DNA of 40,407 bases. Origin: Octopus bimaculoides (Eukaryota). The stretch lies in NCBI RefSeq assembly GCF_001194135.2, contig NC_069001.1:20767989-20808395 (forward strand), in the 5' to 3' direction. Positions within the stretch are counted from its first letter, which is position 1. Each line of letters opens with the position of its first letter. Positions 9,190-21,574 of the stretch are shown piece by piece. A model generated the notes under the pieces. The model did not search any database and had not been told where the DNA came from. It was given only the letters and a program-made list of their open reading frames with translations. Both the position numbers and the translations under genes were made by a program.

Positions 9190-12100
9190 TTTGTTAGTTT
9201 GGTTTGGATGAAGGAACTATGCCCATGGTTCTTGCAGGTCCTCCAAGATGAATGAGAGTGCTGTTAATATTCTGCACAAACTGTTACAACTTGAGAAAAG
9301 ATAGCTGTAAGAGAGAATTCCAAAGATATTCCCTGAAATAATCTGGGAAGAAAGGACTGGGTATTGTGTTTTGTGCTGATTTTGGAGGGGGTGAATTTGA
9401 CACAATAAGGAAGATGAGCGAAGAGATGAATGAGTTGAGTGCATGAATAGAGAAGGCATAAAACTGACTAGCTCCAAGAGGCCATTGTGGTAGAAGAGGC
9501 AGCATGAAGAGTGGGTCAGTAGCTGGTGCATGTTTTTGAGTGAATTTATATCAGTCAGTTGAGTAGCCTTTCTCTGGGTGTGCTCTAGAGTGTCTCTGTG
9601 TATTGATAGCACTGTCCCAGTTGTAGGAGTAGAACTCCTTTGTGAATTTCACCTGAGCTTTGAAGATAGGAAGGTCAGTTTTTGAAATGCAGTCTGTTAA
9701 GGATGAATGTACATTAGAAGAAATTTTCAGTGATAGAGAGGCTTGTTGGTCATATTTAACAAGCCTCTCTAGTTTCTTGTTGGTCATATTTAAGCACAGC
9801 AAAGTTTAAAATGGTTTCTTATGTGCAATAATTGGGGTTTTTTTTTGTATTGCTGAAGGAGACAAAATTAGTATGACCCAATAGGAAGATGTTTTTGATG
9901 TCTCTGTGAAGATTTAGTATGAAATAGCTATGTTACATGTGGATGATCCTTTGTGGAATGTAAGGTAAGTTTGAAACACAGTGTCATGTATGTTAGAACT
10001 GGCCTTGTTGATGGGGATGCCAAATAATTCATTAAAGTATTACAAGAAGAGTGTTGGGTACAAAACTGAACCCTGGTGTACGGCAAAGTTGATAGCAAGT
10101 GGGAGAGAGAAAGAGAGCTATGTCAACACCCACTTCTGATACGAAGTCACTAATCCAAGAAATGAGACTTAAGAATTCCTTGTGGAATGGGAAATCTTAG
10201 AAGAAATTCATGTACCAGACATGGCCAAAAACTTTTGCTGAGGGCAAGGAAACTGCTTTCAGCAAACTTTTTGATAGCAAGAGTTTATTGGTGAGTGAAA
10301 TCCGGTGCTATGATAGCTGTATTGCGGGGGGAGGGGGAGTCATTAACAAATGGAGAGAGATTTAAGGAGTCAGAGAAGGTTGTAGTTCATGGCTGTCCTC
10401 ATCAACCTTGTGATGTGAAATTGAGTGTTACAAGATATTTAGCTGAGTCAGTGTCATTGACCATTTTTGGAAATGGAATATACTGTAGTGTGTTCCTCAA
10501 GATTGGTATGTATTCTATCATGTATGTGTGTGAGAAAGACTTGCTCAGACCTAGAGGTTCTCATGTCTTGAGGCAGTCAAAATGCGCCAGTGATTGTGGT
10601 TCCTCGCTTCTCCGTGTGTCATTCTATGTTTTATCAATCAGCTGCATGTCCATTTTGAACATTTGGTGCCAAATCAATATTGAGCATCCTCTCTGTCTCT
10701 TCCTACTGGTTTTCTGCTGAAGGACTTGATTGGCAGGGCTTTCATGTTGGAATTGTATTATATTTGTGTGTGTGTGTGAGAGAGAGAGAGAAAGAGATTG
10801 AAGAGTGTGGTGAGTATAGGGGCTAGCTGTGGAACCCATTATTTAAGAGCAATGGAAGGAGTATTGTCAGCACTGTTGGCCTTGTTGGTGTGAAGTGATT
10901 TCACACTTGGCATGATTGTGTACATAATAGTAAGTCTGGTGTAATGGTGGAAATTGAACCAGTGGTTGTGAAATTGAATTGAATGTAGGCAGTGAATGTG
11001 GAGACAGTCTCTGAGGAGATATTAATCACAGTTGTGTGATACCATAAAGGCATATTTCATGGTTGAGGTTTAAAGGAGTTGGGATGTTAGTTTTAAGGAT
11101 AGGGGATTTTCTTCCAAGTGTTGAAGGTCATGTTTTTTGCTTGAGCATCTGCAGTGCAACTATTAGTGAATTACCCTCAGTTGTTCTGATGCCAGGGATA
11201 GTTAATATAGTAAAACTCCAACTGCTTGGGTGTAAGTATTGTGTTGTATGTGGATGTGTGATTATAGTTGTAACAAGTAGTGGTTGCATGATTTGATAGG
11301 CCCTCCGTCAGTTATGACAATGATGGTTCCAGTTGATTGGATCAATGGAACAGCCTGCTCATGAAATTAATGTGCAAGTGGTTGAGCATCCACAAACACA
11401 TGTATCCTTAGTGTGGCCCTTTGAAATACAGCTACAACTCACTTCTGACAGCTGAGTGGACTGGAGCAATGTGACATAAAGTATCTTGCTCAAGGACACA
11501 ATGTACTACCGGGAATTGAGCTCATGACGTCATGATCATGAGCCAAATACTCCTTACCACTGAGCCATGTACCTTCACAGGTGTAGAAGGAGTCATGATC
11601 TGGTAGAGGTGGGAATGGGAAGGAGAAAGAGATTAAGGGTTTTTGGAATGTCTGTATGTCAATCAGGAATGCACAGAGGGGATGAAAGTTGATGTAGAGA
11701 GTTAAGGATTGCAGAAGTTTCAGTTTCTGCATCATTGAGCTCTGTACAAAGTGAGATCAGGAAGAGTAAACAGAGTAATATAGATGTTGTTAATATAAGA
11801 AACAATATTATGAAAGCATTGCTGGAAGGAGTCTGGAGAATGGCAGAGGATGCAGATATATTTGGAGGAATGGGTGAGGGAGACTTTCAGCTAGAGTAAT
11901 AAAGCCTTTGTAGATGATATCCAGGTAAGTGAGGTGAATGACTGAGAGAGTGGAATCTACATATGTGTAGATACTACTTTTAATGTGAAGTTTAAATGAA
12001 GAGTGGGCTGTAAAGATGAAGTACAACTTAGAGTTGAGAGATTTGTCTCAGAATTGAATTGGATGTGTTAGTAATAGATGATGTTGGATTGGATTCCACA

Positions 12101-12300
12101 GATGTTAGAGGAAAGAGAATTGTTCATTGAGCTTAGCTTTTGACATGTAGGGTGGTGTAGAGGGTGTTACTGCATTGTAAAGTCAGAGTAACTCTTTATC
12201 AAGAACTTGGTTTGAATACTTCACTAAAAGCACAGAAGGACCAGATGGTGGTGGTATTAAACAGGAAAGAATGATGTACCTACCATCCAAATGACTTAAC
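9190..12300 (-). mobile_element. Highly degenerate CR1/Jockey-like LINE (APE-RT), antisense to host gene
   Basis: Minus-strand remnants in the expected order: CGIQSN (about 12090), SNH (about 11290), KVFGHVW (about 10220, cf. KAFDRVW), AVHQGSVLYPTLF (about 10075, cf. GVPQGSVL), IFKAQV...YNW and HTQRKATQL thumb motifs; many stops; boundaries approximate. Confidence 0.7.
11395..11576 (-). mobile_element. tRNA-derived SINE nested in the old LINE
   Basis: Minus strand reads TGGCTCAGTGG (A box), GAGCTCAATTCCC (degenerate B box), then CORE-like GTGTCCTTGAGCAAG. Confidence 0.75.
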
Positions 12301-12834
12301 CACAGAAAGGCTACTACACTCTAGGAAGCTGTACTGCATAACAAGCAATATTACCATTCATCTATATGCTGATATTAGTATCATTTATTCAAGGGTCAGA
12401 TTATAAGATGAAAATGATGTCACCATACTTTTCTTTTCCATTTATTTTGCATTTTTTTACTAAGTCCAACATAGATGTTAAGATACTTTTGGTCATTCGT
12501 GATGTTACCCATCCATTAACATGTAAAGCCATTAAAATGTTTCCATAATATTGAAAAAGAATGGTAGTACACATATGCTTTTTAAGGGGATCCAAGATTG
12601 GTTCAAGAAAAGGGAGGAACAACCCACAACTTATAGGTTCTAGCAGTCGAAAGCATGCATCAAAATATATTTAGCTGATATTTAGTGATATTAGTGTATA
12701 ACTGCTGGTTTTGTGATATTTCCAAAGCAGGTTTAGCATTATCATAATTATGAGACTAATTTATGAAAAATACACCAGATTAGAATAAGGAAAAAACACT
12801 TTGCTTTTTGCCAAACATATATGCAATAATAAAT

Positions 12835-12836
<2 letters not shown>

Positions 12837-12874
<38 letters not shown>
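12837..12874. repeat. (TA)n microsatellite
   Basis: Direct reading. Confidence 0.95.
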
Positions 12875-12876
<2 letters not shown>

Positions 12877-13609
12877 TTCTTTCCACTATTTACCAAAAAT
12901 TATAAACAGTAAAAATATTAATTAAAAAAAAAAGACAGAATAACCCTGGTAGATATTTAGATTATATTGATATTAAACTGTAAATTGTTATATACGTCAT
13001 AAGAATTTAGAAATTTCAAGAAAGTGTGAAATAATTTGTTTTTATCAGTGGAACACAAAGTAAATAAAGCTATAAATGATAGTCTGTGAATATTGTTTTT
13101 AAAAGCCTTTGGACAGAAAATGTTACTTTTTGTGGAAATCTTGGTTGGTGCATGTGCATTGATATCTTTTGTGATATTTGTGTCAAAGTTATGTCCTGGA
13201 CATGTTTAGTAAGAGTTTGTAATTAAATGGCAGTTTATGGAGAAGTTTCAGTAAAAGTTGTATTGTATGTGTATAGTGAAGTCACCATCTTATCTGTGTT
13301 GTTTGCTTTCACTCATTGACACACAGTGTGGGATTAATATTGATTTTGATTAGGTTTATAGATTCTGTTAGTATAGTTGTTGCTAAGCAAGCCTTGTCAG
13401 CTCTTCTCAATCTGTATTTTAGCTGAAGCCGTTATGCTTTTATTGTTGCAGGTGTGTTTAGATTTATACCTTAAAATATTTTGTTCCATTTTAAAGTTAG
13501 AGTTTTGCTGGAGTTTTACTTCTTCATTAGGATACATCCTATGTGTGGAAATTATATGATTAGAGACTTGTTAGTCTTCCCTATAATTATCACACACAAT
13601 ATAGACTTA

Positions 13610-14480
13610 TAGGGTGTTCGGACTAAATTTAACAATTTGCACAAAAGAAAAAAATATGCAATATCCTATCCAAAAATAAAATATCAATTAAATTGTGGCT
13701 GGAAGATAACAGTTTACTCAATGTAGCCAACTTCAGCTCCTCCCAATGCCTCAAAACAACTCTGAACCAGGTTCATGCATTCCTCACTGTGTCCTTGGGA
13801 AGATCTTTGAACACCTCCTTGATCTTAGCCACCAACTTGACCTTGGTGTTGCAGGCTAAGCAGTTGATGTCTTTCGGGAGAATTAGGAGTCCAGATATTG
13901 AGGCTGGTGAAGTTATAGAAATTCTCCAACAACCACTTCTGACTTTTTCTGATGGTATGGCAAGGAACCAAATACTGCTGCCCCACATATGGCCTTCCAG
14001 CAGCAACCCTCTCCAGCCAGGATTTGACCATAGTCTCCAGTAGCTTCGTATAGCTGTCTGAAATGAGCCTAAGGCCCTGTTGAAAGATGTGGGGTGACAT
14101 GACGTCACCCTCACAAGAGACACACCCAAAGACCATTACAGTTTGGGGGAACTTGGTTTTCATGATGTCCATGTCACATCTTACAGCCTTTACCGTGCTC
14201 ACAGAACATTGAGCAGCAGTCATGATGTCAGTATTTTGATACCTGGTGTGAATCATCATGATACTGGCAACTCTTTTCCAATATTCAAAAGGCTTCCAGT
14301 TCTCGGTTAACTTTTTCTCAACTACAACTTTAGTCTTTATGACTTCCAACAGTATTGACTGCTCACCAATACACCAAGCTGTTCCTGAAAGAAAGGAAAC
14401 AAAAACATCAAATTTAGCTCAAATATCCTGTAATAACAATCCTGAACAAATGTTTTACTCTAAAATTATGTTTCTACAAC
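13610..14480 (-). mobile_element. Internally deleted Tc1/mariner element, maT/DD37D-like
   Basis: VMVFGCVSCEGDVMSPHIF...LETMVKSWLERVAAGRPYVGQQ...PCHT...WTPNSP; TA followed by TAGGGTG (cf. CAGGGTG terminus) at 13608-13616; the other TIR was not found. Confidence 0.75.
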
Positions 14481-15197
14481 ATAAATTCCACACAAATGCA
14501 ATCATGTACATGTTGCTTATTGTATAAAACGTTTGTAGTTGCATACTTACACTTGACGTGTCAATTATATAGGTGGGTTGTGGATTGGCTTTACCTGTTT
14601 AAGGGACACTTATTTATTCACCTCTCAACTACACTTCACAGTAGCTATTTAGCCTGATTTACTCACCTGCATACAAAACATCCACTGTTATTTTAAATTG
14701 CATATATTAAACTCCTTCAGAAATAAGACCAGTTTCACTGGTTAAGAAGAAATTTCTGCTCTTAATGTTAATACAACTGTCTAAATTTCAAAAATCCATC
14801 CAATGAATTCTGTTGCTGTTTCTTTGCTTTAATTTAGAATGTGGCATAATGTTTGTATGATTGGGATGTTGCAATACTCATCATAGCATAATTTTATGAA
14901 TTCAAACCTCACAACCGACAAGGCATTTTGTTGTGCCTCATTACTCAAGGCATATGACTTCTAGCCTTAGTCTGCTTGATCAACAAAATATTTCCATTTA
15001 TAAGTTTTCAAAGGATTTCTACCATTAACCATTTGTAAAATCAATTCTAACATCATGCAAAATGTACAAATTTACAAAAGTATTTTTACTGTTTACTAGA
15101 GAGGTAAACATTCCTTACTTATGATTGACATGTTATATCCATTTTTTTTTGTTTGAGAGGCTTTAGTACCCTACATATTCACTATTCGATTTTCTAG

Positions 15198-15236
15198 TGT
15201 ACCCTGCTCAACCTGGGCATCAATACTACAACCCTG
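15198..15236 (+). CDS. Internal 39-nt exon of host gene, (V)YPAQPGHQYYNP(G)
   Basis: gattttctag acceptor and G|gtaagt donor; phase 1-1; same Y/P/Q/G composition. Confidence 0.78.
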
Positions 15237-15380
15237 GTAAGTGGTAAAGCCCTGTTATATTCATAAGCACTATTGTCATGCTGCATGTTAAGGTTTATGA
15301 CATGATTTTTTTTTAGTTTGATTTACCAGTTCTTTCTCCATTCCATTTGTTTTTGTTAGTATTGTTATCAAAACCATTAC

Positions 15381-15476
15381 TTGTAGTAGTAGTAGTAGTA
15401 GTAGTTGTTGTTGTTGTTGTTGTAGTAGTAGTAGTTACTGCTACTGCTGCTGCTGCTACTACTACTACTACTACTC
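15381..15476. repeat. Compound trinucleotide microsatellite (GTA/GTT/CTG/CTA)
   Basis: Direct reading. Confidence 0.9.
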
Positions 15477-18400
15477 ATTTAGAAGAGTTTTGTTGTTCAC
15501 TATGTTTTCATTGTAATTGAGCATAGTTTCAAGTATCTTGCATGAATACAGTGTGTTGTGTGTATTTTTATTGCATTACTAAAGCTATGTTATATATATA
15601 TATATTATGTACTACCTAATAGTGCTACTTTGTTATGTTCTGTGTTGGATAACCCTGAGTTGTTGGTTTCATATATATTTCTTTTTCTCTTTTAATGGAC
15701 ATTGTTACTCTCTGTTGTTGTTTTTTGTTTTTTTATATCTCTTTAGAGTTATATCTTTTGGTAATTTCTCCTAATTCTTTTATAGTTTGGTTGGAATTAA
15801 TATCGTTCTACCTGGAGATATTTTTTTGGTTTAATGGTCATTGATTCAACTGATTTTCATTTATGCTTCTGTTATGTTCCTCTATTCTTAATCTATATGA
15901 ATACATTATAATGTCCTGAGACCTATAGTAACTTTCTTATGTTGGATTGTTATGTATGCAGCCTCCAGTTTTGTTCTCCCTGAATATATATTTTGTTTGT
16001 CTAGAAACAGCATATTTATATACTGGTATTACTTGCTACATTCTGTTCTAACACACATCTAGTCTCTGTATAGAAGGCTTTAGCCTAGTGTGGCATGCAG
16101 GAGCTCCTTGAACTCAGCTTTGAGCTCTGAGATTAAAAACTACTGCTGCGTTGTACGTTGGTCAATTTCTGCCCTGCTCAGTTTGTTATATTGATTTTGT
16201 ACTGGCACATGTTGCTACACTCTGTTGTAATTTCTTGTTAATTTTAAATGTTTTTACTTAGTCATAGTTTCCTTGTCCTCTTCTATGTTATATTTATTGG
16301 AAATAACAAGTGTTCCTTATATTAAGTCATTATAAAGTATTTTATAATTGCCTACTAGCTGCTTTGAATATAATTCTATAGCTACAAAAGGCCTATGCAT
16401 CCTTATGTTCAAGGCAAATATACTCCCTCAGTGTGAGTTTGAAAAGATTAATATTTTCTAATCTTCATTGAACTATTTTCGATATTTTATTAATTTGAGA
16501 AGCTGTTTCCATTCAATCTGTGTGATATCATATTGCTTCTTTTGTCTAATTCTGATTGCACTAAGTCAATAATATCCATTTCCTACTAGCTCTTTTCTTA
16601 TATATTAATCAAAACTTCTGAAATAGTATTGTGATTTTGAGTTCTCTCTACTAAAACTTTGATATTTGTCATGCTGACTCTTAGGTCATTGAAACTGGAA
16701 CCATATTTCTAGTTTTGAAACTTGATTTTGATATTATTCAAGGAGAAGCATATCATCACTGATAACCAGTCCAAGATGTGTGTTATTGCTTTAAGAACTC
16801 TCAGCTTCTATTCAGTGTTTCCCTTCTTTTATTCTGTTATATAACCAGAAGAAATATTTGTTCCAATTTAAACTCAAAAGCTTACAAATGAAAACAAAGC
16901 AAAATCTTAGCCTAAGTTGTCGCAAATTGAATGTTTTTTTACATTATTAATTATAATTACTAATACCAGAAAGAAGTTGTGTTTTGGGGAGCATATTTCT
17001 TATACCTTTTGTTTATCAAATAATTTTGTTTTTCATAAACCCTCTAGTTAGCCCAGCATATGTCATGATGAATAACTGGGTCATATACTCATTATCCAAA
17101 TAAATTACTAAAAATATAATTTCTGATAAACAAAAATATAACATTTTTTATTTACTTAATTATTATCATTCTTGTTACTCTTTTGTTAACAGGTTTTCAA
17201 TTAAATTGCAAAACAATAATTTTAGACTGGTTCTTTTACTAATATATTATGTTGTTTACTGATATATTGTTAATACTGGGATACAAATAAAAGGTGAAAT
17301 TTTTGTCTCAGAACTTCTGATTTCAGGTAAATGCAGTGAAATGTAAAAATATTAAAATTTGTTTTAATATTTTCATATAAACATGAGTTTTAACCATTAT
17401 TCAGTTTTGATAAATATCAAATGTCAATGAAGAATTATGCACATTGTTGGATTTTCATTTGAATTCATAAAATGGGTTTTCATAAAGGTAAAGTAGCTTG
17501 AAGGTCTGAAATTTGTAAAATGTTTAATTTTCTAGTTGTCTTCAAACACCCACACAACACACCTTTCACATGCCTACACACTAATCCCCTCACACTCCCT
17601 CTCTGTCTTTGTTCAATATCAGTCCAATATAATAATCAGACTTTGTTACCCATCTTAATTTCAGTTATATGAATATTAAGAATAGAAAAGAAAATAAATT
17701 CGAGTGAAGTATTTTAAGAAAATTTCTCATATTTAAGCAATGTCTAATATTTATTTCTTGAAATGATGTTGATATTTTCAGTACTGCCTCTTGTGCTTCA
17801 GATGTGTATTTTATAGAGATTGGCTTATTCCAACAAACTTATTTGCCTTTCCTTTGGGGTTTTTTCTCTTTGGCCATCAGTGATGTTGCAGCAGCTGCTC
17901 AGACCAGCAGATGCTGACATCACTTTTGTGTCTTTCGCTGCTACCAGAAGAGTAAGATGTTTCATTGTCTATGAAAATCTCTAAATATGAGAACAGTAAA
18001 CTAACAGCATGACGAGCAAAAGGAACAAAAGAATGATACTCACATCCAAAAAAAAAAAAAAAAAAATCAAAAGGCACATCATCTTTCAGTAATTTCTGGA
18101 ACCCAATTGTTTTGGTGCCCCTTATCACTTGCAAATCCTTTAATATTTTCTAGAGAAGTACTTCTCAAACATTTTAAACTTTTCTTTTACTAACACTTAT
18201 TACTAACCCCTTTGTTCTAATGCAACACTCTCCCTCTCCACTTTTTAATGTATATATGCATAATATCAGGCCAGAGTTCTGGATGCTAGTCTGATGCAAG
18301 TGGCAACTTACTACTGCACTACTTTACTATAAGCAAATATTTAACACATCACTGCTTGACTTTAATTATTTACTCAACCTTTAGCACATATTGTTAGCCA

Positions 18401-18496
18401 AACATAGGTGTGTATTTTTATACTTCTTATATAATCCCATAGCTACCAGCTGAAAATTATCTTTACATTCCAATTTATCATTGTATTTTGTATATG

Positions 18497-18498
<2 letters not shown>

Positions 18499-18552
<54 letters not shown>

Positions 18553-18560
18553 AACACACA
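18499..18560. repeat. (CA)n microsatellite
   Basis: Direct reading. Confidence 0.95.
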
Positions 18561-20569
18561 TATTGACATCTTTCTTATGTGCACGTATACATTTATCTGT
18601 TTATACAAATGGGTAGATTGAGATTAACAGATGACACTCCTAACTAGAATCAACATCATTCAGATATGTACATAATGCATTTCAGTTACATCTGTACTCA
18701 TATTAATTATGACAGAACATTTTTGTGGCTTACAGATATGTTATCACTATTTTTCTTTATGAAAGGCTATTCCATCTTGAATGATATACAAAACACTTGT
18801 TTTTTGGGGGTTTTTTTCCATTGATAATTTTTTGCAATCTTACTGTTCAGAAAGACTCTCTTAAATGCCATCAAAAGATGATCAGCTAAAATAACCAACA
18901 ATAAGCCATTCACTTTTGGCTTTCCATTGGCTTCTTTTTTTTCTATGAATTAAAAAATATCATCACTAGATTTAACCATCGCCATGCATTTCTTATGTTT
19001 GAAGTTTTGTGTTTCATTAGCTTGGCTGTATTTGCGTTACTCTGAGTAATGGATACAGCATCTACTTCCTTACTACCACCACTCCTTCCACAAGAACCAG
19101 CAAGTTAAAAAGATGAAAATTGGAATTCTACAGATCAGCATACTAATGTTTGTAACTCTGAACTGACAGGAATGCTCTCCTTGCTCACCATTACCACCAC
19201 CACCACCACCACAGTGCATTTTAATTTTGTAACTCATGGGGAGTACATTGACTGTAAAAGGCTCAATTATTAGTGACGTAAATATCAGTTTTTAGGGAAA
19301 TATAAACTTCTGCCAAAAGTACTGTTTGTAATATATTAGTGGAATTTTAAAAATTACTATTTTTAGATCTCACAACGTGAGATATTCAGCAACAGTACTT
19401 TGTAGTAAAGATTGTTTTTTCAAAGTGACAACTGGTCACTGATTTATTCAGATTGAGATATTCACATGAGATATTCAGATATAAAGATTGTTCGAAAATT
19501 TAAGGACACAGATCGTGTTGTATAGCCAGCTGAAGATGATGTCTCTTGGGGCTAAATTACAGCAACATTAGTCCTAAACCAGGACTGCCATTGGTAAACA
19601 ATCTTTATTACAATTAGTGGAATTGTTTATCATAAAATTACGTTTTTAAATTGTGACTTGTTAAAAAGACAAATACTTAAAATACTTTCTAGCAGGTTAG
19701 AAAAATTATTGCTAAAATTATGAATAATTTATATTTAGCAGACGACCATCAGTTTGTTGGCCTTCTAAGGACTGATTTATTATTTTATAATTTGACATAC
19801 ATAAATTGGTAACACTTTCTTACACACACTGGATTATCAACAAGAAATATTTTTCAGATTGTTGACTTTAACTTTTCAGCTGTTTTTTTTTTAATTTTTT
19901 ACAAAATGCAAAATAACAAATATAATGCAGCTAACTGTTCAAAGGTTTATTTCACCAGAACTCTTGTAAAAAAAAAATATAATAATTGAATACAGAATGT
20001 GATATTTGCTGACAAATGGTCATTTAGCTGATCAGTAGACTACAGGTAACTAGCAACTTAGGAAAAACTATTGTGATAATTATGGGGACCTTTGAATGTC
20101 TAACTTCCTCTGTATAATGGATTATTTTATGAATATGTCAGACCACAGTTTTCATTGCTTGCAGCAGATATGTTGCATTGAAGTTGACAACTGGAACATG
20201 CAGTCTGCATTTCTAGCTATAGCTATTTTTGGGGCTGTCTTTAAGTTTTCATTTTAAAATATGATTTTTCATTTCATACCTCAATAGATTGAGAAATATT
20301 TTGTTACTGCATTAAGTAGAGTTAAAGAACTATGTAAAAATGCTTTCACTTTCAGTTTCAACTTAATGAAACCCAGCTCAAAGTTACATTAACTTCAACC
20401 CAAAATAATATTGCATTTACTTCTGAATTTATTAGTAAAGTGAAATGTAATTTTTCTTGCTGGGAATCAAAGCCAAATCTATGAATTTACTTATTAAACA
20501 TATCACTACATATGTTGTCATTTTCTATTTGACCATTTAAAAACTACTTGCGTCATGGCTGTGTGCATA

Positions 20570-20870
20570 GGCACAAGTGTGGCCATGTGGTAAGAAGTTC
20601 AGTCTCATTGTATGGTGCCTTGTAAGTGGATTAAAAGAAGCCCATCATATATGTGTATATGTTTATGTGTTTTTGTGTTTGTGCTGCATTCATCACCCAC
20701 AGGTGCTGGTTTGTTTATATCTCCATAACTTAGCAGTTCAGCAAAAGGGACTGATAGAATAAGTACCAGGCTTAAAAAATAAATGCTGGGGTCAATTTGT
20801 TTGACTAAACTTTTTAAAGCAGTGCCCTAACATGGCTGCAATCTAATGACTTGTAACAAGTAAAAGATAA
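20570..20870 (+). mobile_element. tRNA-derived SINE, internally deleted copy
   Basis: Shares head (TGTGGTAAGAAG), GAAAGAAGCC, GATAGAATAAGTAC and 3' tail blocks with 21040-21460. Confidence 0.8.
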
Positions 20871-21039
20871 ACTTCATATTCCACAACATTTTCTACAGTT
20901 TAGAGATCCAGCTTAGAGGTTGCATATTTTGGCTTTAATGTAAAACTTTATCAGCTGATGCTGGAATGTTGATATCAACATCAGTGTTCAAAGCAATGTG
21001 AGGTATATATTCATAAAATCTCTATATTAGGTACATATT

Positions 21040-21460
21040 AGGCTGTGTGGTAAGAAGCTTACTTCCCAACCACATGGCTCTGTGTTCAGTCTCATTGCAT
21101 GTCACCTTGAGCAAGTGTCACCTTGACCAAAGCCTTGTGAGTAGATTTAGCAAATGGAAACTGAAAGAAGCCTGTTGTATATATATCTATATTTGTGTTA
21201 TATTTATATGTGTCTTCATGTCTATGTTTGTCTTCTCCACCATCATTTGACAACTGATGTTGGTGAGTTTATGACCCCGTAACTTAGTGGTTCAGAAAAA
21301 GAGACCAATAAAATAAGTACTAGGCTTAAAAGTACTTATAGACTGATAAGTATTGGGTTTAAAAGAATTAGTCGATTTCTTCAACTAAAAAACCCTTTAA
21401 GGCAGTGCTCCAGCATGGCCACAGTCAAATGACTGAAACAAGTAAAAGAATGAAAGAATA
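21040..21460 (+). mobile_element. tRNA/CORE-like SINE with internal TA/TG tract
   Basis: GGCTGTGTGGTAAG head, GTTCAGTCTC B-box remnant, CORE-like CACCTTGAGCAAGTGTC, tail GCTCCAGCATGGCCACAGTCAAATGACTGAAACAAG; related copies at 30706, 36470 and 40030. Confidence 0.85.
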
Positions 21461-21522
21461 TTTTTTCTTTGCATTTATTTAATTAAAAATTTTTTTTTGT
21501 TATTTCATATCTTCATGATTAC

Positions 21523-21574
21523 AGGGACCTTGCAAGTTGCTCTATTAAAAAATAGAGCAACCTGCAAGGTCCCT
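21523..21574. other. 24-bp near-perfect hairpin with 4-nt loop
   Basis: AGGGACCTTGCAAGTTGCTCTATT-AAAA-AATAGAGCAACCTGCAAGGTCCCT; a single A.C mismatch. Confidence 0.9.

Noticed and set aside
17066-17126. Box C (ATGATGA) and box D (CTGA) snoRNA
   Set aside because: No terminal stem, very AT-rich, no recognisable guide
17193-17263. Acceptor giving a hydrophobic tail (GFQLNCKTIIFRLVLLLIYYVVY*)
   Set aside because: AT-rich DNA readily encodes I/L/F/Y runs; no independent support
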